Part shown: in pieces, positions 1 through 10,054 of the stretch
Layout: the number at the start of each line of letters is the position of its first letter
Position numbering within the stretch: the stretch's first letter is position 1
Source: an uncultured Bdellovibrionales bacterium
Lineage (GTDB): Bacteria; Bdellovibrionota_C; UBA2361; CAYQVO01
Reading direction: 5' to 3'
DNA length: 64,000 nucleotides
Assembly: GCA_964421085.1 (NCBI GenBank)
Contig: CAYQVO010000002.1
Location: 91,134 to 155,133 of the forward strand
The notes under the pieces: model-generated
The model's database searches: none
Told to the model about the DNA's origin: nothing
What the model saw: only the letters and a program-made list of their open reading frames with translations
Position numbers and translations under genes: made by a program

Positions 1-3000
1 GCCCATATGAAAATCCCACTGCCTCGACGATGGACGGTGTCCCTTTCACATTCTCGTTAAACCACTGAATCATCTCAGCTTCGTCACCATCGAGCTGGGT
101 AAGATAAGCTGTGCCGTCGATTGTGGGTCTCGGACCAGGTGTGCGCTGGAATGGAAGAAGTCCGGCAAGATTGATGAGAGAACCCACGCAGGCGACAGCG
201 ACGAGTGCGGCACCTGTCGCCAGTCCAATTATTGCCGTCCCGCGTTCAATCCAGGGAGCATCGGATTCCATGAAGTTCAGGTAGAGCGCGCGGCAGAAGA
301 CTACTGACGAAATACCGAAAAGAGTCCACAGAGCATGGTAGAACTTGAAGAGAGTGTTCGCCCTGTCCATAAGGAAATGAAGCTCAACTGTGCACAGAAT
401 CATGGACGCTGTGAAAACAAAGAAGAGGGTGAGCCTTGTTTCGCGGGAAATATTCTCAGCTGCGGCGGAGAATCCTGTGAACAGGAGTACAAGAGCGAAG
501 AAAATAAAAATGCTCCAGTGAATTTCGAAAAATCCCACGTCGACGCGCGGAGTGAGAACGTTCCACGATGCGAGAAGCAGAGGCAGCAGAGCGAGAATGC
601 CGGCAAATACAGCTTTGCGGGCAGTAATTCCCTCCTTGAGCGAGTTCAATGAAAACAGCAGAACTCCGGCCACGATAAAAGGCGCAAACTGCCCGAACAC
701 GCGAAAAATCTGCCAGCCGGTGTTGAACTCCTCTCCGGTCACAAAGCCGTAGTGCGGTGAAATGCTTTCCGATGCCTGGAGCAGCAGCGGCCCGCCCCCC
801 ACGCAGGCGCAGATGCCCATCAGTACAAGATCGGCAGGAACCAGAAGAGCCGCCCAGCGCCACTTTCGCGCGTTCCAGCCTTCACGGAATGCGAGGATCC
901 AGCGGAAAAGAAATATGAGACCGGCAATCGAGCTGTATGTTATGAAATCCCAGCTGTTTGTCGCTATCAGCATTCCAAGAACAATGCCCGCCAGAGCCTT
1001 TGAAAGGAAAAGCCTTGCTGAAAACAGATCATTGCTCCGGAAAAACAGCGATACGAGAAGGCCAAGCATCAGCAATGTGAATGGCAGTGCTATAAGGTGC
1101 GCATGAAGATCGCCGAACAGGTACGCCCAGAAGGGATATTCATTTATTCCCGGAGAATGAAGGGTCCTGCTGCTGGCCCAGTAAAGGTCGAATCCCCACT
1201 CCATTTTGTCGACGACAGCAAGCTTTACCACGTCGAGATTGGACATAAACACTATAAGGAACGCGCCTGGTATCGACCATTTTGAGGTGTTGGTGATTGT
1301 TTTCAGGGTTCCGTAGAAGCCCGCAAGATGAAGAGCTGCAATGACAGCAAGAGAGATATTGAAGCCCATTCCCGGGGGCGTCCCGGAGAGTTTCTGGAGC
1401 AGGCCGAAAAGATAGCTTCCGAAATAGTAATAGTGAAGAGGTCTTCCCGCCGCCCACGGATCATCCGGGGGCATTTTGAGAAGCCGGGTGAAATAGTTGA
1501 AAAACGCTGAATCCATCGGCTTTTCGCCCCAGAATATCTCAGGCTGCCATGCGCGGATCATCAGCACGACGATGAATCCCGCGAGAAAGACGATTTCAAC
1601 TGTGAAGCATTCTTTGAAGAGAGCTTTCGTGAGCTCCTTCAGGCGGTCGGGACCTGTCATAACGCAGGCGGCGAAAAGTATCGCAGTCAGAACAAGCAGG
1701 AGTGAAATGAGAGACTCCTGGGTAAGAGTGAACGGCGTCAGGAACGATAGATACCAGGCAAGGAGTCCAAAAAGCATGATGCCCGCGGGCTTTGAGAGAG
1801 CGGCCGCAAGAGCCGGCTGTCCGGGGAGGATCGGGGCAAGAAAAAAAACGCCGATCACGCCAAGTATGAGAATGATCGCATACCACACGGCGATCGCAGA
1901 GAATGGCGAAGGAGGATCCGAAGCCGGGGAACGTTCCAGGGCGGCGCTGAGCATTTCATCCATTGAGGGGAGATCCGGCCTCAGGACGTTTCGCCGGATT
2001 CGATCTTCGATCGTGGATGCGGGAAGTTTCTCCACATTCTCGAAAACATATGCTTTCGGATGGTCATATACCGAAATGCTTTCGTCCGCGAGATCGTCGT
2101 TGAAGGTGATCGGGCCGAAATGCGGCTGATTTTTTGTCGTATTGACGAGTTTGTAACCGATTTCACCTGTATAAAGCATCTGCAGGAAAGTAGTCGTGTA
2201 AGGCTGGGGCGAAAGCGGTTCCGGAAGCGGAGTCGTGGCGAGTCCTGGTATTGACCCCTGCATCCGCTGCGTGGCAAAGGTTATCCATTGCGCGCCGGAT
2301 GCCTGAGAAGCAATCTGCTCGAGCTTCAGCGAGTTGTCTTGTTCGTACAGAGCAAGCTCCGTGTCCTGCCCTTCGCTGTCATACTGGCGGCCGTCGTACC
2401 CGGGAAGAGAAACGGGAATCCGGTCGTCCCAGTGCGGGCCGATTATCCGGGACCCGGGTGCTGCGTGCTCGAAAATCCATTGAGAAACCGTGTGATAGGT
2501 ATGAGGCTGAGAAGTTATGCTCAGTATCGATGCGCCCCTGAAGAAAGCACAAAGGCACACTACCAGAACGGGAATAATCGCGAGGTACTTTCCGGCGCGC
2601 ATTTTCGAAAGCACCGCCATTATCTCGCCATACAGGATTACCAGAATTCTCGCGGCAAAAATAAAAAAGAGCGGATAGAGCGGAAGCATGTATCGGGGGA
2701 ATTTCACCTGGTATGCCGCAACCACAAGAAAATAAGGAATAACCCACGCGAGAATCATGGCCTCGCTGCTGTTGAATTTTCTCCGTTGAACGCACACAGC
2801 AAAGAGGACTCCGGCAAGAGAGGCGAGTCCTGCAGGCCATCCCATCGTATAAAGCAGCATCTGCTTTATGTGATAAAGCCAGGGAAGTGTGCCGACATAC
2901 TGCCATGTGTACGGGGCGAACCACCCTCCTTTGATAAGAGTAAGCTGCTCTCTCGTGTCGTGGAGATATTTCCGGTAATCGATGAATGCGTAAGGCTCGA

Positions 3001-3865
3001 CAATCAGAAAGGTGCAGAGCGCAATAGTCGCAATCTGCGAAAGGACCTGCAGCCGTCCGCTTCCACCGAGTCTCTTCGGCCACAGGGCGCCGAAGATGAC
3101 TGTGATACCGAATGCAGCAAAGCCTATTCTCCCGATTTCTGAAGGCGTGAACCGCCCGTCACGGACAAACGACAGGGGATCGGCAAGAAAGAATGCGGAC
3201 AACGTAAGCAGACTCACAACTGCAAGATCCGAGATGATTTCCCGCCATCTGTAGCGCCGGCCTTCGAGGTTGGTCAGAAAGAGCACAAAATAAAGCGGAA
3301 GCAGAAGTGACAGGGCGCTGACTTTCGTTCCGACTGAAAGCCCGAGAAGAACGCCGGCTGCAACCGGCCATATGTTCGAGCACCCCGGTTTAAGCCGGAG
3401 AAACGCGAGGAACGCTCCAAGAGCGAGTGTCGTCAGAATTATGTCGACTGTGAAAAAACGCGAAAGCTGAATATGAAAAAAGTTGAAAGAGAGAAGAATG
3501 GCGGCGAGAAGGCTTATGAAGCGGTTATTGTAAACGCGCTGTGCAAGCATGTATGTCAGAACGACGCCTGCAGTGCCGGAAATGACGGAAAGAGTCCTCC
3601 CGAGCACGAAGAGGCCATCGTAGGATCCGAGCCATTTCCAGAAAACTTCCGCGATACTCCGGAATATCCAGAGGAGATAAAACGGGAACGAGCCGTACGC
3701 GAAGGACTGCGGATTCAAATCGTGAAGCCTGAGCCGTTCGGCAACCATCATAATGTGCCGTTCATCCGGGTGATAACCGAAGCCGTGAGTGAGAAAAAGA
3801 ACCCGGAAGATAAATCCCCCCACTAACACGAGTAACAGGGGAAGGAATGACCTGAATTTCTGCAT
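1..3865 (-). CDS. Giant polytopic membrane protein, partial (over 1288 aa, runs off the window at position 1). N-terminus resembles GT-C/PMT (GT39, ArnT-like) glycosyltransferases and a later segment carries a DUF2298 'YYY' motif.
   Basis: Not in the ORF track, presumably because it has no in-window stop. Manual minus-strand translation from the ATG at 3865..3863 gives MQKFRSFLPLLLVLVGGFIFRVLFLTHGFGYHPDERHIMMVAERL... and stays open to position 1. The product is uniformly hydrophobic and W/Y/F-rich. A later segment reads ...WAAGRPLHYYYFGSYLFGLLQKL..., matching the conserved YYY motif of DUF2298 as I remember it. The many short plus- and minus-strand ORFs listed for 1..3860 are therefore spurious. 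Hand translation may hide a frame error. Confidence 0.55.
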   Translation of the reverse strand, partial: MQKFRSFLPLLLVLVGGFIFRVLFLTHGFGYHPDERHIMMVAERLRLHDLNPQSFAYGSFPFYLLWIFRSIAEVFWKWLGSYDGLFVLGRTLSVISGTAGVVLTYMLAQRVYNNRFISLLAAILLSFNFFHIQLSRFFTVDIILTTLALGAFLAFLRLKPGCSNIWPVAAGVLLGLSVGTKVSALSLLLPLYFVLFLTNLEGRRYRWREIISDLAVVSLLTLSAFFLADPLSFVRDGRFTPSEIGRIGFAAFGITVIFGALWPKRLGGSGRLQVLSQIATIALCTFLIVEPYAFIDYRKYLHDTREQLTLIKGGWFAPYTWQYVGTLPWLYHIKQMLLYTMGWPAGLASLAGVLFAVCVQRRKFNSSEAMILAWVIPYFLVVAAYQVKFPRYMLPLYPLFFIFAARILVILYGEIMAVLSKMRAGKYLAIIPVLVVCLCAFFRGASILSITSQPHTYHTVSQWIFEHAAPGSRIIGPHWDDRIPVSLPGYDGRQYDSEGQDTELALYEQDNSLKLEQIASQASGAQWITFATQRMQGSIPGLATTPLPEPLSPQPYTTTFLQMLYTGEIGYKLVNTTKNQPHFGPITFNDDLADESISVYDHPKAYVFENVEKLPASTIEDRIRRNVLRPDLPSMDEMLSAALERSPASDPPSPFSAIAVWYAIILILGVIGVFFLAPILPGQPALAAALSKPAGIMLFGLLAWYLSFLTPFTLTQESLISLLLVLTAILFAACVMTGPDRLKELTKALFKECFTVEIVFLAGFIVVLMIRAWQPEIFWGEKPMDSAFFNYFTRLLKMPPDDPWAAGRPLHYYYFGSYLFGLLQKLSGTPPGMGFNISLAVIAALHLAGFYGTLKTITNTSKWSIPGAFLIVFMSNLDVVKLAVVDKMEWGFDLYWASSRTLHSPGINEYPFWAYLFGDLHAHLIALPFTLLMLGLLVSLFFRSNDLFSARLFLSKALAGIVLGMLIATNSWDFITYSSIAGLIFLFRWILAFREGWNARKWRWAALLVPADLVLMGICACVGGGPLLLQASESISPHYGFVTGEEFNTGWQIFRVFGQFAPFIVAGVLLFSLNSLKEGITARKAVFAGILALLPLLLASWNVLTPRVDVGFFEIHWSIFIFFALVLLFTGFSAAAENISRETRLTLFFVFTASMILCTVELHFLMDRANTLFKFYHALWTLFGISSVVFCRALYLNFMESDAPWIERGTAIIGLATGAALVAVACVGSLINLAGLLPFQRTPGPRPTIDGTAYLTQLDGDEAEMIQWFNENVKGTPSIVEAVGFSYG

Positions 3866-3980
3866 CGGGAAAAGTAGCGAAAACCAATGTGAAAAAGCAC
3901 TATAATACTCCCAGAAAACACCGTTAAGGGAAATACCTGACCGGCAAAAAATCTTTGAATTCCGGCGGCTTAAAACGAGG

Positions 3981-4325
3981 TTGTCAACTGACAGGCACCG
4001 CACTACTCTCGCTTTGATGGGAAGGATCGAACGCGAAAGAAAGACCATTTCGGCAATGATCGCCATTTACTGTCATAATCGGCATAGAAGCCGGGATGCC
4101 GTCTGCCCGGCCTGTTTCGAGCTTCTCGAGTACGCCCATGATCGCCTTCAAAAGTGCCCGTACCGGGGGGGAAAGCTCTCGTGCAGGCTTTGTCCGACGC
4201 ACTGCTACAATGAGAACATGAAGGAGCGGATCAGGGGAGTTATGCGATTTTCAGGTCCCCGCATGCTGTTCCGGCATCCGGTTCTGGCGCTGCGGCACTT
4301 CCTTGATGAGCGCCATGGCTCGTAA
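3981..4325 (+). CDS. Small Cys/His-rich protein, YgbA-like (nitrous-oxide-stimulated promoter family)
   Basis: 114 aa with motifs IYCHNRH...CPACFELLEYAHDRLQKCPY...CRLCPTHCY...MRFSGPRMLFRHP. The cysteine spacing and a C-terminal 'GPRML' segment resemble YgbA-family proteins. Assigned from memory of the family only. Confidence 0.4.
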   Translation: MSTDRHRTTLALMGRIERERKTISAMIAIYCHNRHRSRDAVCPACFELLEYAHDRLQKCPYRGGKLSCRLCPTHCYNENMKERIRGVMRFSGPRMLFRHPVLALRHFLDERHGS

Positions 4326-4629
4326 CAAGAGCACAATCGAAAAAACAGCCCAAATGCATTCAACTCTCTATCCCGCCGCGAACGGTGTAAGAAGCGGCTT
4401 TCCATGATGATCCAAATCATCAGGACCCACATTCCGGCGCGCTAGCATCAACCCACAATACAAAATGGGTAGATTCGACGGCAGGCAGGCGAAGAGACTT
4501 CAAGAACGAAGCGTCTTCGCTTGCCTGAGAGTCTGGAAGGTTTTAAAGAGGTTTCACACCGGAGAGATTGCGCGATTCTTCTCGAGAAATGGCGCAAAAT
4601 CCAAATCTCTCCGGTTACAGGAGGCTGAC

Positions 4630-5133
4630 ATGAAAAGTGTCGGTTTTGCTATCGGCTGTGCGGTGCTGTGCGCGATTCTTTCGGGATGCAGTGGAGGATT
4701 CAACGGACACCCACCCCCACAAGGCTGCGACTGTGAAGAACTGGCGCGCCAGCTTGAGGCACGCGGCTGGGAGCTGTGGGTCGTGCAGGAGGGGGGCACC
4801 CCCAGGTCTCTCCAATACTGCACGGAAGCCAGTCCTCTCCGTGCGGGTGTCGACACGTGGTTCATGGCAAGGGTGAAGCCGGGAGACCGGCCGGCCAGGC
4901 TGATTTGCTTCCGGGACCTGCCGGACTGCGCCTGTGATTTCTGCCTGAAGGGGGGGATTGATCAGGAGGAACCGGACCAGGATGGGTCGTTTTCGTTCCG
5001 GTATGACCGGAATGAGGCGGCTGCAGTAACATTCGAACCCGGAAGATGGATGACAACCCGGGGAGTCCGTCTCTGCATCTGCGAGGTGGAGGTTGCGCTC
5101 CCGGGAGATCCGTATTCCTTCTGGGCCGAATAG
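4630..5133 (+). CDS. Lipoprotein, hypothetical
   Basis: Internal start MKSVGFAIGCAVLCAILSGCSGG has a signal peptide plus lipobox (LSGC) and is preceded by AGGAGG at about 4618. The listed ORF (4465..5133) has a long unlikely N-terminal extension. Cys-rich mature part. Confidence 0.45.
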   Translation: MKSVGFAIGCAVLCAILSGCSGGFNGHPPPQGCDCEELARQLEARGWELWVVQEGGTPRSLQYCTEASPLRAGVDTWFMARVKPGDRPARLICFRDLPDCACDFCLKGGIDQEEPDQDGSFSFRYDRNEAAAVTFEPGRWMTTRGVRLCICEVEVALPGDPYSFWAE

Positions 5134-5207
5134 TACCGCCCTCGCAGCAAAGGTACCTGTCTGAGGTTTTCTGCGGATCGTTGCAGAAAGGTCATCGCTG
5201 CAGACCC

Positions 5208-6653
5208 TCAGGCAAGTACCTTCTTTTCGAAACACTGATTCGAAGAACACTGCTTTGAAGGACACTGTCCGTTCCAGCAGTAAAGGCAGAGTCTCTCCCT
5301 CGGGAGACCGACAGCTTCCACCAGATCGTCGATGCGCTGGTAGCGGAGAGTTGTTGCTCCGAGATCCTTTACAATCCAGTCCACCATCTTTCCATGCTTT
5401 GTTGTCGATTCATCGACGTATTCGCGCACGTCCTCGATATCATGGCCTTCGATAGCCTTAATCGCCTTTCTGGCAGCCAGTTCCTTCCGCGATCTTGTCG
5501 AGAGATTGAACCGGCAGGGGAACATCAGCGGAGGGCAGGCAGCTCTTACATGAACCTCCGTTGCTCCCGCATCCCAGAGCTTTGAGACCGTATAATTCTT
5601 CAACTGCGTTCCCCGGACGATGGAGTCTTCGCATACGGTTATCCTGTTGCCGTCGATGATTTCCTTTATCGGAACGAGTTTCATTGTGGCGACAAGGTCC
5701 CGTGTTTTCTGGGACGGCGGCGTATAGCTTCTTCCGTATCCAGGAGTGTATTTTACAAGAGGACGCCTGAAAGGTTTTCCGCTTTCCATCGCATACCCGA
5801 CCGCGTGAGCGACCCCTGAATCGGGAACTCCGGCGACCATATCGGTGTCGATATCAGTGTCCCTTCTGGCAAGGGCGCGCCCGCAGTTTTCACGCACAAT
5901 TTCAGCGCTGATTCCCTCGTAACTCGACGCGGGAAATCCGGCGTACACCCAGAGGAACGTGCAAATCTGCGCGTCAGTGCCGCCGGTTGCCTCTGTTTTC
6001 CATCCCTTTTCATCGATCAGTACAACTTCCCCCGGAGCGAGTTCGTAAACTGCCTTGTACCCATTGTTTGAGAAAGCGGTAGTCTCACTTGCCACCGCTG
6101 TGCCGTCATCGCGCGAGCCAAGCACGAGAGTCGTGTATCCTCTGCGATCTCTTGCAGCGTAAATGCCCTTTTCATGAAGAAGGAGCAGGGAACATGATCC
6201 TTCAATCACACTGAACATGTGCTTGACACCCTGCGTGATGGAGCCGCCCCGCGTAATGAGCTTTGCGACCAGTTCCGTCATGTTCACAGTTCCGCGGCTC
6301 ACCTCGGAAAACGAGAGCCCTTCCTCCATGAGCTGCAGCGAAAGTTCGTGCGCGTTTTCGATGAAGCCGATAGTTGCGAGGCAGAACCGTCCGAACTTCG
6401 AATGAATGTATACAGGCTGCTCATCAAGGGAACTTACGGCACCGATTCCTTTATTGCCCTCCAGCCTCCGGCCGTGTTCAAAAAACTTCCCCTTGAACTG
6501 GCTGTGACTGATGTTGTGAATTTCGCGGACAAATTCGCAGTTAAGTACCGCGATGCCTCCGAACTCGGTTCCCATATGCGAATGGTAGTCGGTTCCGTAA
6601 ATAAGTGTTTCGTAACAGTCGTTTGTGGATACGACTCCGAAAATACCGCTCAT
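5208..6653 (-). CDS. purF: Amidophosphoribosyltransferase (glutamine PRPP amidotransferase)
   Basis: 481 aa. N-terminal MSGIFGV...CYE matches a class-II glutamine amidotransferase with Cys2 nucleophile. Central PRTase motif VCEDSIVRGTQL. C-terminal cysteines are typical of the 4Fe-4S type PurF. Confidence 0.9.
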   Translation of the reverse strand: MSGIFGVVSTNDCYETLIYGTDYHSHMGTEFGGIAVLNCEFVREIHNISHSQFKGKFFEHGRRLEGNKGIGAVSSLDEQPVYIHSKFGRFCLATIGFIENAHELSLQLMEEGLSFSEVSRGTVNMTELVAKLITRGGSITQGVKHMFSVIEGSCSLLLLHEKGIYAARDRRGYTTLVLGSRDDGTAVASETTAFSNNGYKAVYELAPGEVVLIDEKGWKTEATGGTDAQICTFLWVYAGFPASSYEGISAEIVRENCGRALARRDTDIDTDMVAGVPDSGVAHAVGYAMESGKPFRRPLVKYTPGYGRSYTPPSQKTRDLVATMKLVPIKEIIDGNRITVCEDSIVRGTQLKNYTVSKLWDAGATEVHVRAACPPLMFPCRFNLSTRSRKELAARKAIKAIEGHDIEDVREYVDESTTKHGKMVDWIVKDLGATTLRYQRIDDLVEAVGLPRERLCLYCWNGQCPSKQCSSNQCFEKKVLA

Positions 6654-7040
6654 ATCTGCTGTTGTCCTGCCGGGATAAGATTACGTCCACCTGGAAGATT
6701 CTCATAACCGGTTCTGATTATCAAATGACCTTCGTGGAGGCTCGAGCATCTCCGCGTCGGCAGTCCCGGGAAGCTCGCATTCTTCCGCATCATTCAACGG
6801 CGCCTATTATCGGAGGTGCCGGCAGGAAGCTCGTGAATTTCCCGTTCCGCACCATTTCATTTTCGAGGAGAATTATCTGATTAACCTCGCGCAGATATGC
6901 CGCCCGGTAGATTTGAGATCTCTGAACCGGACCATACCTGAAAAGAGCGAAATGTGTTTCGATGGTGTGGAGCTGCGCAAGTTCTTCCAAAGTGTCGCCT
7001 GGCGCCATGCTTCTGCACGATTCACGGTAAACAGCTGATA

Positions 7041-8207
7041 TCAAAACTCCCACAGCGCTTCTACAACTTTCAGCCTCGAGGCGCGCCATGCAGGGAGGAT
7101 TGATCCGAGAAGACCCATAATCAGCGCAAACACAAGCGACTCAAAGGCAATTACCGGAGTAAGTGCGAAACGGAACGTGAGATCGGAAAATGTCTGAAAA
7201 TTGGTCGTAGAAAACGCCTGCCCCGCGAGCATAGATGAAATCAACAACCCAAGCAGTCCTCCGCCAAGCGCAAGGAGCATGCATTCGAGAATGAAAGAAA
7301 ACAGGATTGTCCAACGCGAAAATCCAAGAGTGCGCAGGATCGCAATCTCCCGGATTCTCTGAGACACAGCAGCGTACATCGTGATCATGCAACCGATAAC
7401 TGCTGCCAGGCTGAAAACCATGCTGACAAAAGTTCCGAGGAAGCGGATGAACTTCGCGAGAATGGCGCTTTGCGATTCATAGTAAGCCTGCTCACGAAAA
7501 ACATTGACGCTCAGCCTTTTGTCGTTCTCGAGCTCCTTTTTGAGCGACGGAAAGTCCGCGCCCGGTGCGAGCCGAAACAGAACCGACGAAAAAGCGTCCC
7601 GCTTGAAAACCGGCATCATCAAGTCGGCGTCGCCCCAGATTTCAGAACTGAAAGAAGAGTCGCCGGCGTCGAAAATTCCGGTAATCTTCCATCCGGTGCC
7701 GGCAAGCCGGAGGGTCTCTCCGACATCTGTGCCTGCAAACCGGCGGTGTACAGCGCTTCCAACCATTATTTCCCGTGTTCCGCGCGCCGGCATTCGCCCC
7801 TGTGTGATCCTGGTACCTTTTCTCAGTTCAAAAGCTTCCGGAAATACTCCACGTACACTGATGTTACCCGGATCTCCATTGCTCCGCCTTTTCAGCGAGA
7901 GCAGAACGATGACATCGGCAGTTCCCGCGGGAGCGTTCTCCGAATTCCGGGCGACAGCCGGATGCGACAGAATTATGCGCGCCTGATCACGCGTGAGCGC
8001 GCTCTGCAGCTCATTCTCCGCTCCATTTCTCAGGACGATTACATTGCCGGGCGCGCCCGATCTGGCGAGTGTTTTTTCGAGTCCCTCTGAAAGCATGAGG
8101 GTGGCGGCAAACACGACCACCACCATTGCCACGCCAAAAAGGGTGAGAATACTGGTTGTCCGGCGTCGGAACAGATAGCGGGCATTATATGAAAACACGA
8201 GCGGCAT
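7041..8207 (-). CDS. ABC transporter permease, FtsX/MacB-type
   Basis: 388 aa. N-terminal TM helix, large periplasmic domain, then three C-terminal TM helices (FtsX fold). Last gene of a four-gene operon. Confidence 0.8.
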   Translation of the reverse strand: MPLVFSYNARYLFRRRTTSILTLFGVAMVVVVFAATLMLSEGLEKTLARSGAPGNVIVLRNGAENELQSALTRDQARIILSHPAVARNSENAPAGTADVIVLLSLKRRSNGDPGNISVRGVFPEAFELRKGTRITQGRMPARGTREIMVGSAVHRRFAGTDVGETLRLAGTGWKITGIFDAGDSSFSSEIWGDADLMMPVFKRDAFSSVLFRLAPGADFPSLKKELENDKRLSVNVFREQAYYESQSAILAKFIRFLGTFVSMVFSLAAVIGCMITMYAAVSQRIREIAILRTLGFSRWTILFSFILECMLLALGGGLLGLLISSMLAGQAFSTTNFQTFSDLTFRFALTPVIAFESLVFALIMGLLGSILPAWRASRLKVVEALWEF

Positions 8208-8210
8208 ATC

Positions 8211-9380
8211 TCAAGAAGCTCTCAGCGAGTCGATCAAGTTCATCTGTTGAAGGCGCAGGTAAGGCACAACTCCGGCAAAAAGTCCCACAACAAGCGTAAT
8301 ACAGAACGCCTCCAACAGAATAATGAGATCGAAGGGAAACTTCGGGAATACGGAAGCGAGCTGGCCGAGAACGAACTTCGCGGATATTCGGAACACCGGA
8401 ATGACCAGGATGCACAGAAGAACAAACCCGGCAATCGAGACGGCGAGAGACTCGAGCGCGAGGAGGAGTCCGATTCTGGATTTTGGAAAACCAAGCGCGC
8501 GCATTATCCCGTATTCTCTGTACCGTTCCCTTGTCGCCATCAGCATGGTGTTCGTAAGCACGAGAAGAATAATCGGAATTACGACAAGCGAGATGAGGTC
8601 CATTGCCAGAAGCAGAGCGCTTGACATCGATATGAAGCCCTGAATGAAAGCCGTTTCTGTTTCCGTCAGGGTTTCAGCGAAGCTGTTCGCGAAGAGAGCG
8701 TCAATAATACGGGATACCGAAGCTGTATTCGCGCCGGGGGAAAGCTTGACCGCAAAGTATCCGACGTAATCGGCCTGCTGACCGAAATCTGATGCTCTTA
8801 TCTGTTCATTGAGATAATCGTAGTGAAACAGCATGAACCTGTTGTCTCTGGTTCCGTCTTTCGGATAGAAAACACCCCGCACAACGAACTCCCAGTTTCC
8901 CGGATAGATTGTTCCCTTGAGGTTTATGACGTCACCTGGTTCGAGGCCATATTTTGCGGCAAGATCCCGGCCCAGCAGCATTCCGCGCCGGTCCATTTCG
9001 TATGCCCGCCTTTGTGCAGGGTCGACGGCGAACTCAGAGTATACATCGAGATAATTGTCGTCGACCGCGAACTGCGCAAACTGAAATGTTTCATCCTTAT
9101 AATTTCCGTTGAACCAGCTTCCGCTTGTGACCATATCGACACCAGTAACGGCGGAGATGCGCGCCTGGTACGATTTTGGGAGAGGAAACACCAGAGACAT
9201 GGCGTTCCGCGTCACGAGGCGGTCCTGAGCGGACTCCGTGACGCCTTCGTGCCATGCATTGAGGAAGGTCCGGATCATGAAAAATGCGAGGAGAGCGACA
9301 GATATGCCGAGAGCAGTGAGAAAAGCGCGAAGCGGATGCCGAAGTGTGTTGCGAAGAACGAGCGTCAAATACTGGTTCAT
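8211..9380 (-). CDS. ABC transporter permease, FtsX/MacB-type (second copy)
   Basis: 389 aa with the same architecture as the neighbouring permease. Start overlaps the ATPase stop (9377..9380). Confidence 0.8.
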   Translation of the reverse strand: MNQYLTLVLRNTLRHPLRAFLTALGISVALLAFFMIRTFLNAWHEGVTESAQDRLVTRNAMSLVFPLPKSYQARISAVTGVDMVTSGSWFNGNYKDETFQFAQFAVDDNYLDVYSEFAVDPAQRRAYEMDRRGMLLGRDLAAKYGLEPGDVINLKGTIYPGNWEFVVRGVFYPKDGTRDNRFMLFHYDYLNEQIRASDFGQQADYVGYFAVKLSPGANTASVSRIIDALFANSFAETLTETETAFIQGFISMSSALLLAMDLISLVVIPIILLVLTNTMLMATRERYREYGIMRALGFPKSRIGLLLALESLAVSIAGFVLLCILVIPVFRISAKFVLGQLASVFPKFPFDLIILLEAFCITLVVGLFAGVVPYLRLQQMNLIDSLRAS

Positions 9381-10054
9381 GCCGTTTTCAGCTGCCCTTT
9401 ATCCAGGTGCACGGTGCGGGACGCAAAAGAAGCGACGGCCTGATCGTGCGTGACTACGAGAATGTTCTTGTGAAACTCCGTGTTGAGACGCAGCAGGAGT
9501 TCCATGACTTCGGTAGCGGAATGTCTGTCGAGATCGCCGGTGGGCTCGTCGGCGACAATAAGCGTGGGGTCAGTGACTATTGCCCGCGCAACCGCCACCC
9601 TCTGTTCCTGTCCTCCGGAAAGCTGCGACGGGAAATGATGCATTCGGTCTGAAAGCCCCGTAATTTCGAGCGCGAACTTCGCTCTTTCAGTTCTCTCTGC
9701 CTGGGTCATATCGAAAAGCGCCAGCGGCAGAGCGACGTTTTCAACAGCGGTGAGCACAGGCAGCAGATTGTAAAACTGAAAAACAAACCCGACGTGGGAA
9801 GATCTCCATGCAGCGAGGCCTGCATCGTTCAATGAGGAGAGCTCCGCATCCCCGACCACGACACTTCCGGAATCGGGCGTGTCGAGCCCGGCGATCAGAT
9901 TCAGAAGAGTAGTCTTGCCGGAGCCCGACGGACCCATCAGCGCCACAAACTCGCCCGCATGCATCGAGAAAGAAAGTCCTTCAAGAACTGTGATGGCAGT
10001 GTCGCCACGCCGGAAAGATTTGGAAACGGAGTCGACGCGGATAAGGTCGGTCAT
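9377..10054 (-). CDS. ABC transporter ATP-binding protein (MacB/LolD-type)
   Basis: 225 aa. Walker [10 protein letters not shown], signature [14 protein letters not shown], Walker [13 protein letters not shown]. Confidence 0.9.
   Translation of the reverse strand: MTDLIRVDSVSKSFRRGDTAITVLEGLSFSMHAGEFVALMGPSGSGKTTLLNLIAGLDTPDSGSVVVGDAELSSLNDAGLAAWRSSHVGFVFQFYNLLPVLTAVENVALPLALFDMTQAERTERAKFALEITGLSDRMHHFPSQLSGGQEQRVAVARAIVTDPTLIVADEPTGDLDRHSATEVMELLLRLNTEFHKNILVVTHDQAVASFASRTVHLDKGQLKTA

Noticed and set aside
335-3826. Numerous 60-280-aa ORFs on both strands in the ORF track (for example 2288..3142 +, 2379..3083 -, 1497..2129 +)
   Set aside because: They overlap one another in all frames and have Arg/Ser/Pro-rich, low-complexity translations typical of out-of-frame reads of GC-rich coding DNA. 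The single long minus-strand frame starting at 3865 explains the region.
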